Below, one piece after another: positions 1 to 9,112 of a stretch of 64,000 nt of DNA. Below the pieces are notes generated by a model. That model was not told the DNA's origin. It searched no databases and worked only from the letters and a program-made list of their open reading frames with translations. Source of the stretch: Epithemia pelagica (Eukaryota; Protista; Bacillariophyta); NCBI GenBank assembly GCA_946965045.2, contig OX337233.1, positions 3,720,001 through 3,784,000 of the forward strand, read 5' to 3'. How positions within the stretch are numbered: position 1 is the stretch's first letter; the number at the start of each line of letters is the position of its first letter. The position numbers and the translations under genes are program-made.

Positions 1-317
1 AAAATCTATTTTTTTAAAATGGTTCCATGGAACCGTGCGTTCCGAAACACACGTGTATCATAACGAACGACGACGAAACAATTGAGAGAGAAATAGGAAT
101 AAAAAACACCACACAAGACAAGACTGTTTCCACTAGAAAAAGCGTTCCACCCACATTGCTCTTCTCTAGAGAGTAGACACCATGGTAATAACAAACGAAA
201 ATCTATTTTTTTAAAATGGTTCCATGGAACCGTGCGTTCCGAAACACACGTGTATCATAACGAACGACGACGAAACAATTGAGAGAGAAATAGGAATAAA
301 AACACCACACAAGACAA
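1..317. repeat. Direct duplication of about 120 bp (1-121 and 198-317, offset 197 bp)
   Basis: Copies are identical apart from one A in a run. Each carries the 14-bp palindrome GGTTCCATGGAACC. The first copy may extend beyond the window start. Confidence 0.9.
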
Positions 318-631
318 ACCACAGTCCCATTCCGGGCGTTCATCTTGTTCCATTCCGGTTGGAACGAATGGGTGGTGACACAATATAGTATAGAACAACC
401 GTCCAATTCGGTGCAATAGACAAACATCATCATCATAAGAGTATTCTCTCGTCTTGAGCGGAGGAGAAAAAGTAACAGTTTTGGAATAGTCAGAAAACGA
501 AAACACAGAGCGACGCGTAGGTCGCACACTTGAAATTTTTTGGGAAAGCGGGTGAAAAGTGAAATCTCGTGGTACTTGTGTAGTTGGGTGGGTATAATTC
601 TCGTGGTAGAATAGATAGCAGTAGTGGTCCC

Positions 632-2310
632 TTAGGTGCGCGACAGGAACTGACTCGAGTCTTCGGCCCCGGACAATTTGAGAATGGAGGCCAAGTCATC
701 AGCAAAGTCTCCAAAGAGGCTTTCGCCTTCGCTCCAGGTCGAGGCCCGCATGCGATGGTCCGCCGTTGTCGGCTCCAGGGGCGCCAGGAGCGCTGGTTCT
801 TCCTGATCAAAGCTCGAAACGCGAAAGACATCGGCCAATCCGGGTGTCGTCGTCAACGGGGCGTCTTCCCGGACGGCGCCAAAGTTGGAGGCAAACCGGT
901 CAATGCCAAATTCATCCGCCGTCTGGGACATGGGGGGCAAGGATGTCGCCGACGACGTCCGGGCGCGATTTCCCAGAGAGGAAACGACCGAACGTTGCGG
1001 CAACAACGACGAAGATGGCGGAAGCACATCGGACGAAAAGGCGCGTTCTCGTCCTACAGCAGATGGCAAAGCCTGCGATTGCGAAAACATGGTATCCGAA
1101 GAAAAGGCACGATCTCGGGGCGGCAAGACACCCGTACCGCTGGCTTCCGAAAAGGTTCGTTCGCGCACTTCCAGATCCATCATAGGAGACATGGTGGTCG
1201 CTCGGCGTCGATTTTCCTCCAATTCACTCGAGTAATTCACTGGATTGCTGCTCGTGGGAGCCATCAAATACACATCCGAGGGAAGACCACCAGCCTTGGG
1301 ACCCGATCCTCCATTGCCAATACTCAAGGTTTCCCAATTTTCGGAGCGAGGGTCCGATGAGTGCCAGCCTGGATCGTTTCGAGGACGAAATCCAGCCAGA
1401 GCTGGAGATACGGATCGGACTACCGGTGGTTGTTGCACTCGAGGGGCAGGAGCTACAGGAGGTTCCGAGAGCGTTCGTCCAACCGAGCCTCCCAGCTCGA
1501 CTCCCGGGGACGGAGCATGGCGGCGCGGCGCACTGCCATTCTTGCTGGCAGCCTCCGCTTGCAACCGTGCCTTGGTCATTTCCTTCAATTCTTGCACCGT
1601 GAGACCATGAGGAAGTTTGGATTTCTGTTGGGGTTTATTATTAACATTCGGAATCGTCGCGAGAGATGGATCCGTGGAAAATTGATTGGAATGAACCGGA
1701 ACGGAACGTCCTCCTCCATGCCCTTGACCAGAACTGCGTTCATAGGAATAGGGATCGACCGCCGCCGGAGGGGGAGGAGCTGCCGGTCCGTAAGATGGTG
1801 GAGGAGGAATCCGCTGTTGCGAATACAAATGCGGTGTAGAAGAAGGAGGATTCGGTCGAACAGTGGACGGACGCGTAGGAGGAGCATTGGTCCTTGTGGC
1901 TCGGGTCGGCGCCGGGGCCAAGACGACCGGATGAGCATGGTATCCTGGAGCCGAAGATGTGGCCTTTGGAGTATTCGTAGGGCCTCCACGATTGTTCTGT
2001 CGACTTTGCTCTTGCGCCAACCGCAGGGCCGTTTGTTTCTTTAAATCCTGCAAGAACAATACAATCAAAGAAAGATTGAGAACCCGAAAAGGACTTCTGA
2101 CAACATCGTCCCTAAAATCCCATCGTGATGCGGCCACACCGTCATTTGCAAGAGTCATCCAAACTCAAGGGCCATTGTCCAAACGAAACAGGCAATTGTG
2201 ATAATTACAGGGCAATACTGAAAATGTCATAGGGACATGTCCTGTGTACACAAAATTGGAATCCAACGGTCTTTGTCAACGGTAGAAAGGCTCGTTCGTC
2301 TTACCTCCAT
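632..2310 (-). CDS. Intrinsically disordered Pro/Ser-rich protein, about 473 aa; exon 1 2310-2305 (ATG GAG), intron 2304-2048, exon 2 2047-632
   Basis: Long ORF 632-2158. GAG|GTAAGA donor and CTTGCAG|GAT acceptor join in frame to give MEDLKKQTALRLAQEQ. Contains LPHGLTVQELKEMTKARL and several RxRxxS/T motifs. Confidence 0.7.
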
Positions 2311-3189
2311 GGTGATTCCTTTTTGACGGCTGAATCGTTCCGCTCGTTTCGATTGCGATGGCTTCGTTTTGTTCGGTGTCGTCGATGTAGTGGGTTGAGG
2401 CACAGCCCCAACCCGAGACGACGGCCAATATGGCATGGTGATCACAACAACCAGAGACAAGTACACACAACTGGGACGACACACACCACGAGACAAGAAC
2501 ACACACCAAAATCATTGGCCACACACCACACAAAAAGTACGACACCCAACTCTGTGCTTTTTTGGTGCGTTTGGCGGCGGTAGAGACAAATTTTTTGTGT
2601 GTAGCGTGCGGGTAACGCGAAGCCGGGTTGTTCTGTAGGGGCAATGTGTAGGTTCCGTCGTCCGCTCCGTGTCCGAGTGGAGTTGTGTGTGTTTGATGGC
2701 GAGCCGCGATCGAAAAGGAAACGAATGGAGATGGGAGTCATGCTGTATAGAAAGAACAGTACAGCCCAGGCTCGAGCGTTTGACGTCACGAGTGGGAGAG
2801 AAGTTTCGACCGCGCATGCCCAGTCCCGCTTGGTCGTGTTCGTTGATCGCCGCCCTTTTCGTCCACGATTCATTCCCTCAAAGAAACCTCAAAAAAGGCG
2901 TTGACGTGCCGTTACAATTGGAATAAGATACTCCACATGTCGTTCGTGTCCGTCTGTCCGTCCGACACAGACAGAGTCAGTCCCATGTCCCATCAGTACG
3001 ACTTCATTTTTTGATGTCACTCCAAAGTCTGAGTTAGTCCTGTTTCGTCATGACTCGTCGGAAGATCGGCGACCAAAAAAATGGACCGACCTCAAGGCGA
3101 GGTTTTCCTGCAACCATGGTGTCAAATCGTTCCACGCTGAAGTAGACGAGATATATACCGCGTGGTGTCGCTACTGACATTGTCGAAGC

Positions 3190-4665
3190 ATGTCCATTCG
3201 AACACGTTCCGCCGTCACATTAGTTGCTCGGCTTCAAGAGTTGCGACAGGAAGAGGAGGAGATATTGGCGGAACTCCGACAACGAGCTGCCGAAAACGAG
3301 CCCGAGAATGGAGCCGGAGACGAGGAGACGACGGAAGCGCATGAACCCATGCAGCTCGAAGAAAAACCCAACTTTGACCGGTTCCGAGTAGCAGAAGGAG
3401 GAAATCAACACACCATGTCGGGCCATGCGCGACAAGCTGAGCTCTGCGGACTGACTTTTGTGGACAACCAGGAAGAACCCCACTGGCAGGTCACAGACTG
3501 GCCTCCGCTGCCGTTTGAGTCGAGGGCGATACACGCATCCGTGGTGGTGAATGACCCCGGCGGCCACAATAGCAAGACTGGCAGGACAACTGTCGTAGTA
3601 CTCTCGTCTACCCATGAATCCAATATGGTTCATGTTTTACACGTGGATGATATGACCCAGAATTTATGCTGGCGCGTCGGACCAAGCATGAACCAAACAA
3701 GACTGTTTCTCGCTGCCGTGATCTGTCGTGGCTATGTGTATGCCGTAGGTGGTAAGTTCGATACCATTGAACGCATTGGAATTCAAGACTTGCTTGGGAA
3801 TTCCTCCAAGAGTAGTAGTCCTACAAACAACAAACGACGTGGCTGGATGACGTTGGAGTGTCGCTTGTCGGAAAAACGATTGGGCTGCTCGGCTACTGTT
3901 GTAAAGGAACGATTTATCGTGGTGGCGGGTGGTTGCTTTGAGATGTCGACTCTTGCGTCAATCGATATTTTGGATACGGCGGCATCCACGAATAGTGGCA
4001 GTGGCGTCGTCGTTCGGGCCGGGCCACCCATGAATGTTGGTCGATCTCATTTTGGAATGGAAGTGATTGGGTCACGTCTCTTTGCCGTCTCTGGCATTGG
4101 AGATGATGAAATGGAGTTGAGCTCGGTTGAGTACCTGGAATTGGATGATTGGGTGCTGGAAGGACCAGGAGGAGGGCCACAACACAGCATAGTCATCTCC
4201 CCCTCCAACAAGGTATCTTCCTGCTGGACCAACACGTGGAAGATTCACCCACAGTTGGCTCTGGACACTCCTCGAGGTTACTTTGGTATGGTCCGAGTAG
4301 GATCTTGTCTCGTGGTGGTTGGCGGGGACAGCGGCACACTGGACGGGTTGCGTTCGGTGCTAGTTCTCGACACACATGACAACGTGGTATGTCGGCTTCC
4401 GGAAATGATTGAGGAACGGGATGGTTGTACCTTGGTGGCCCTTTCCACTACTGGCATTGTCGCGATTGGTGGTTCCGACGATGGAACATGTGAACGACTG
4501 CCATTGGTCGACCAAAAATCAGTCTGTTTTGCTCGGTGCCTGGCACTCGGGATGCCCCCCCCGGTTCTAAAGAAACCACACTTGTTTGTGCGCGTGTCGG
4601 TGTGTGCAAGTTGCGATTCGACACGAACCTATTTTGGATCAGTAGTAGTAGAGTCGATCCCATGA
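3190..4665 (+). CDS. Kelch-repeat beta-propeller protein with N-terminal coiled coil (copy 1, intact, 491 aa)
   Basis: Repeated Kelch GG motifs (YVYAVGG, IVVAGG, LFAVSG, LVVVGG, IVAIGG) with typical downstream Y/W positions; paralog at 6596-14280. Confidence 0.88.
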   Translation: MSIRTRSAVTLVARLQELRQEEEEILAELRQRAAENEPENGAGDEETTEAHEPMQLEEKPNFDRFRVAEGGNQHTMSGHARQAELCGLTFVDNQEEPHWQVTDWPPLPFESRAIHASVVVNDPGGHNSKTGRTTVVVLSSTHESNMVHVLHVDDMTQNLCWRVGPSMNQTRLFLAAVICRGYVYAVGGKFDTIERIGIQDLLGNSSKSSSPTNNKRRGWMTLECRLSEKRLGCSATVVKERFIVVAGGCFEMSTLASIDILDTAASTNSGSGVVVRAGPPMNVGRSHFGMEVIGSRLFAVSGIGDDEMELSSVEYLELDDWVLEGPGGGPQHSIVISPSNKVSSCWTNTWKIHPQLALDTPRGYFGMVRVGSCLVVVGGDSGTLDGLRSVLVLDTHDNVVCRLPEMIEERDGCTLVALSTTGIVAIGGSDDGTCERLPLVDQKSVCFARCLALGMPPPVLKKPHLFVRVSVCASCDSTRTYFGSVVVESIP

Positions 4666-4919
4666 AAGAATGCATCGCCGATTTGTTTTGTGTGCATTGC
4701 AATGTCATTGCAATGGTGCTGTTTGGAGAACCACCTAATAGATAGGTACTACCTAGGAAGTCTTCTTTCCTCGCGCTTATGTGCCATGGAATGTGCTCCA
4801 AACAATGCTCCCTCTTCTCGTCCTTTTGGAAAGGTGTGTAGACGTGGGCGATCCATCCGTACCAAAGAGTTTCGTTCTCGATTACCTATACGACGGTGTA
4901 GAGCCTCCAGCTGATGTTG

Positions 4920-4922
<3 letters not shown>

Positions 4923-4952
<30 letters not shown>
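4923..4952. repeat. (CT)n microsatellite
   Basis: About 15 perfect CT units. Confidence 0.95.
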
Positions 4953-4956
<4 letters not shown>

Positions 4957-5275
4957 AACTAGGGTTCCACAGCGAACTGGACCAAGTGGCTCAAGAAGAA
5001 CAACCAAGAGAATATCTTTCGAGACACGGTGTGTCCTCAATCATTCATTCATTTGCTCGGCCAAGGAATACCAAAGTTAACAAGTTAACCTTCTTTTGAA
5101 AGTTTGGACCCAAACAGGCACCTGTAATGGCCCCATCAGTGCATGACATTCAACGTGTTTCGGAAGATATTACGGAATCAGCAAACTTGGCATTCGCTTC
5201 ACAGACTTTCACTCTCCCAGTTCTCCACACAAGTACGGACCCAATGCTCCTTCGAGTGGCCAGATAAACATTAAT

Positions 5276-5560
5276 ATGAACTCGCACCCTGCTATTCATA
5301 GAGCAATACTGGATGCTCTTCATGTCCGACACACCATGCTATCTGAGGTTCCAGACATGTCCTTCCCTCATGGATACTGTGAGTCCGAATATGACAAGAA
5401 CTCTCCTCGGAGTGCCATCATCGAGCCCGTATTTGAAACATTCCTGCAAGATGTACCACTTGTCGGTATCGTCAACGTCGAATTTCAAGGCCACGAAGAC
5501 TTGCACGACACCAGATACAACTGCCTTGCTCAAAGAGCGCATTTCGCGACGTTTGCCTGA
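5276..5560 (+). pseudogene. Possible fragment of a diatom receptor-type nucleotide cyclase sensor region
   Basis: SEVPDMSF...SPRSAIIEPVFETFLQDVPLVGIV resembles, from memory, the pre-TM segment of expanded diatom adenylate/guanylate cyclase proteins. Short and isolated; not verified by search. Confidence 0.2.
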
Positions 5561-6693
5561 TACGACGGAGAGGAAGATGGAGCAAGCCACTGCGATTACA
5601 CGTTGATTGTATATCCCAGCACATGATTTGAATCCATCAGCCATACCTGTTCGCCTCCGTTGTGGTGGTCGTCTTTGCCGTGACATGTTCCGTGTTTGCA
5701 ACATATGACTATGGTTCATCGACGACAAAACAATGTTGTGTGAACCCGGACAAAAGAACCACCGCCGTTGTCGATTCTCTATTTCCCAGATCTTTTGGGG
5801 ATCGATTGATTGCCAAAAAATGAAAAGGCCGAAAGAAAGCATCAGAAGCGAAACGACAAACTTGAGGCATTCCTGAGCCCAGGCGACTTTAGAAAAGAAG
5901 CACAGGTTGAATCGGACCCAATCGCAGACTTGTTGTTGTTGTTGGCCTTGGTGTCACTTGTATCGTTGGTGGAATTCCCTTGTTGCAGCTTCATCATGTA
6001 GTCTCGCGCATCCAACAAGTGTTGCAACAACAGGGGTCGTTCTTGGGTGGGACAGAGCAAAGTGGCTTGTCCAGTAATGGCTTGTTGCTGCATGCGTTGA
6101 AAGGAGCAAGGTTGCCAAGGCCAATTGCAACTTGTCCCAATCCGAAGAACCATCAGGAATACGCGATTCATTGTGATGATGATGAGGATGATACCAATGA
6201 GGATGAGAGAACGACCAGAGAGGACTTCCAGGAATGAATAAATGTTGGAATGGTGGGAGACGACGACCACCACAACAAAAATGAGAGCGTGTGTGGGGTT
6301 GTCATTGGTCAAGACCACCCCCCCCCCATTATACACGACACCCGCAAAAGAGGGGCGGATCGATGTGTGAGTTAGTCCTGTTTCGTCATGACTCGGCGGA
6401 TAAGGGGTCGCATCTTTTATATCGCACGCCATGCGCATGGCTCGCGATCGTCTTACAGTTTGGAATAATGGGAATAGGATCCGAACACACAAGGCGAGGA
6501 TGTCCGTGACACATCATTTGCCATGGCTGTGAAGCAGACGATACAATAGACGATATAAACTTACCAAGTGGTGTCCCCATTGACATTGTGGAAGCATGTC
6601 CATTCAAACACGTTCCACCGCCACCTTGGTTGCTCGGCTTCAAGAGTTGCGAGGGGAAGAGGAGGAGATAGTGGCGGAACTCCGACAACGAGC

Positions 6694-6992
6694 TGTTGGA
6701 AATAATGAGCAAGAAAGAAAACACTGCGACGCGGGAACGCCTGGCGAAGCAAGACCAAAGACAATGAAAGCAAGACCAAAGACAATGAAGAATACTATGG
6801 AGAACAAAGCAAGCAGGACGAGCTCCGCACGCGTGACGTTCGCTGACGTAGTCAGAAGAGGCAAGGCGAACAAATCGCCAACAAATGAACCTAGAGCTCA
6901 TTCTTTGGAAACAATCAAGCCAGTAAATTAGAATCAATTTCGACTTTACAGTATAGTGGACAAAGCTGACGGCTGCACCATTATACTCAACA
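6694..6992 (+). repeat. 5' LTR of element A
   Basis: Identical to 12701-12999 by eye. Contains an in-frame 21-bp tandem repeat (6747-6788). Confidence 0.97.
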
Positions 6993-7006
6993 TTGTTTCC
7001 AAAGAA
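6993..7006 (+). promoter_or_regulatory. PBS position of element A; complementary to its own LTR (6901-6914)
   Basis: TTGTTTCCAAAGAA directly follows the LTR end. It lacks the TGG of tRNA 3'-end PBSs and is the exact reverse complement of TTCTTTGGAAACAA at 6901-6914. Confidence 0.8.
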
Positions 7007-7044
7007 ATAGCAGTTTTTTTCTCCTTTCAAAGCTTTCTATTTTC

Positions 7045-7731
7045 ATGAACACCGCCCCTACGGTAAGAAACCTACAAGAAATCGACGAACTCATTCAAGA
7101 ACTTGCCGAACTGAGTGTTCGCCAGCAAGAGATTATCCGAAGGCTCAAGGACCTACGAGATCCACCGTCGGTGCCCGTGGCCACCGTGCCCGTGGCAAGA
7201 GTTCAACCCAGCGGATACGAAACAGGAGACAGCGAAGACGAAGAGGAAGCGTCCGAGGAACGCACCGGAACTTTCAAGACGAGTCGGGAATCGGCCTCAA
7301 GTGCGAGTATTGCCAGTTCCACGGTTGAAGTTGTCGGTACTTTCTCCCCCAAGTCAGGCAATCAGGTGATCTACACTCCAGCCGAGAGAACTGCACTACA
7401 ATCCGGCTGTACTCTGTGGACGTCCGAAGTCACAGGGAAGCGATATATCATACACCCCAGACGACGTAAATTCTGCGTAGGTGATATCGTCAAGGTCGTG
7501 AACCCAGCCTCACGTTTTTCCAACCGTGCACCGACGATCCGCGACGGAACAGGAGTTGTGGCTAAGGTGTGCGACAAACAAGTGGTCATCCACACCGACA
7601 GCGGCTACGACCTAAGACGAGGACAAGGCAACGTCCGCTATCTATCTGCCCAACGAGATGAGCAGTACGCAAGGGTCCAGCCCGTCAAACCCGGGCGGCG
7701 CCCAATCTACGCCCGGTACCACGCCGCCTAA
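7045..7731 (+). CDS. Accessory ORF0 of element A (228 aa): coiled coil, acidic/Ser linker, SH3/KOW-like beta domain
   Basis: ATG-initiated ORF between PBS and gag. C-terminal KFCVGDIVKVVNP...GTGVVAKVCDKQVVIHTDSGYDLRRGQGNVRY has a KOW/SH3-barrel-like pattern. Confidence 0.65.
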   Translation: MNTAPTVRNLQEIDELIQELAELSVRQQEIIRRLKDLRDPPSVPVATVPVARVQPSGYETGDSEDEEEASEERTGTFKTSRESASSASIASSTVEVVGTFSPKSGNQVIYTPAERTALQSGCTLWTSEVTGKRYIIHPRRRKFCVGDIVKVVNPASRFSNRAPTIRDGTGVVAKVCDKQVVIHTDSGYDLRRGQGNVRYLSAQRDEQYARVQPVKPGRRPIYARYHAA

Positions 7732-9112
7732 TGATGGTGGAACTTCCAGTCCGAATCAAGGCAATCAAGGACGAGGACGAAGAGGAGGACGAGGACGTGG
7801 ACGTGGTGGACGAGGAGGACGTGGTGGGCGCGGTGGTTATGCTACCAACCCCAGCACGTTCAAAGGAAACACTGATGACATGAACGGTCATGTCTTTCAA
7901 GTTTTTTATGAGTGTAATGATAAGCAACAGTTTACCCGGACAATTGAAGCTTTAGAAGAATATTTTGCGAAGAATCTGAAGCACGCAGGAGACATGACCA
8001 CTCTCACGAGAGAATTGAAGAACCCAACGATCAAGGAGCCACCGGATTTGCCAGAAGAAGAAACCAGTCGGCTCAAGATTGCGATTTTTGAAAAGAAGGT
8101 TGCCGCGTACGTCACGCGTTGCGACATCCTCGAGAGCAATTTGCAAGCGGCCTATGCAGTTATTTGGGGCCAGTGCAGTGAGGCCATGAAGGCCAAACTC
8201 CAAGGCCTCGAAAAATACAATTCTGCTCGGGACGGATGTGATTGTGGTTGGTTGTTGACTCAAATCAAAGCCATTCGACATAAATTCGAAGAGAAGCGAT
8301 ACGGGTACGCGTCACTCAATGATGCGTACACAAACTTTTATATGCATCGACAACAAGCAGAAGAGAGCCTCGCCGATTACCTTCACCAATTCAAAGAAAA
8401 CATTGACGTTTTGGAGCATTATGGTGGCTCGGTTGGAATTGACAAAGGTTCCCAAGAATTGGTGGAGAAGTATTTGGACCCCGACGAGTCCATCTCCTCC
8501 GATGAGAAGAAACGAGTCAGTCGCGAGCGTGCTCTTGCCATCCAGTTTCTCAAAGGTGCTGATCGAAAAAGATTTGGCAATCTGTTGATTGAGTTGGAGA
8601 ACCAATTCACCAGGGGCACAGACCAATACCCCCCTGATCTGACCTCCGCTTATGGCATGCTGGTCAGCTATCGCGGTCCGAAGCAGCCATCCAACCCCTC
8701 TCAGTCCCCCGGAACACCAAGTTTGATTCCTGCTGGTGGTGGTGGCGGTTTACAATTCGCCCAAACGGCGTCCCCCGTTCCTGGTTTGGATGGTATCCTT
8801 CATGAGGCCATCACGTGCTTCCATTGCCAAGGACCCGGCCATTATGCGAGTCAGTGCCCATTGCGTGGTGGTGATAATGGTGCTTCCAATAGTGCCGGTG
8901 GCAACTCGGGTGTCACTATGCTCCAACAGCATGATCCTTCCCCCCCCCCCCACAATACAATTTTACGTTCGCCATTGTTGATTGTTGCTTTTCGCAGCCA
9001 CCACACCATTCCATCCCCGACACCTGGGTTCTGCTCGATAGTCAGTCGACTATTTCGGTTTTTCGGAATGCTTCCCTCCTTTCCAACATTCGCTCGTCGA
9101 TGCACCCTTTAA
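7658..9112 (+). CDS. gag: Gag of element A (RGG box, CCHC zinc knuckle)
   Basis: GRGRRGGRGRGRGG tract, YAVIWGQCSEAMKAKL gag motif, CFHCQGPGHYASQC knuckle. Pol frame takes over near the C12 run at 8940-8951. Confidence 0.9.
   Translation: MSSTQGSSPSNPGGAQSTPGTTPPNDGGTSSPNQGNQGRGRRGGRGRGRGGRGGRGGRGGYATNPSTFKGNTDDMNGHVFQVFYECNDKQQFTRTIEALEEYFAKNLKHAGDMTTLTRELKNPTIKEPPDLPEEETSRLKIAIFEKKVAAYVTRCDILESNLQAAYAVIWGQCSEAMKAKLQGLEKYNSARDGCDCGWLLTQIKAIRHKFEEKRYGYASLNDAYTNFYMHRQQAEESLADYLHQFKENIDVLEHYGGSVGIDKGSQELVEKYLDPDESISSDEKKRVSRERALAIQFLKGADRKRFGNLLIELENQFTRGTDQYPPDLTSAYGMLVSYRGPKQPSNPSQSPGTPSLIPAGGGGGLQFAQTASPVPGLDGILHEAITCFHCQGPGHYASQCPLRGGDNGASNSAGGNSGVTMLQQHDPSPPPHNTILRSPLLIVAFRSHHTIPSPTPGFCSIVSRLFRFFGMLPSFPTFARRCTL

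Noticed and set aside
5842-6492. 216-aa minus-strand ORF between the Kelch copies
   Set aside because: Largely low-complexity, runs into the Kelch promoter duplicate, and has no recognisable domain.
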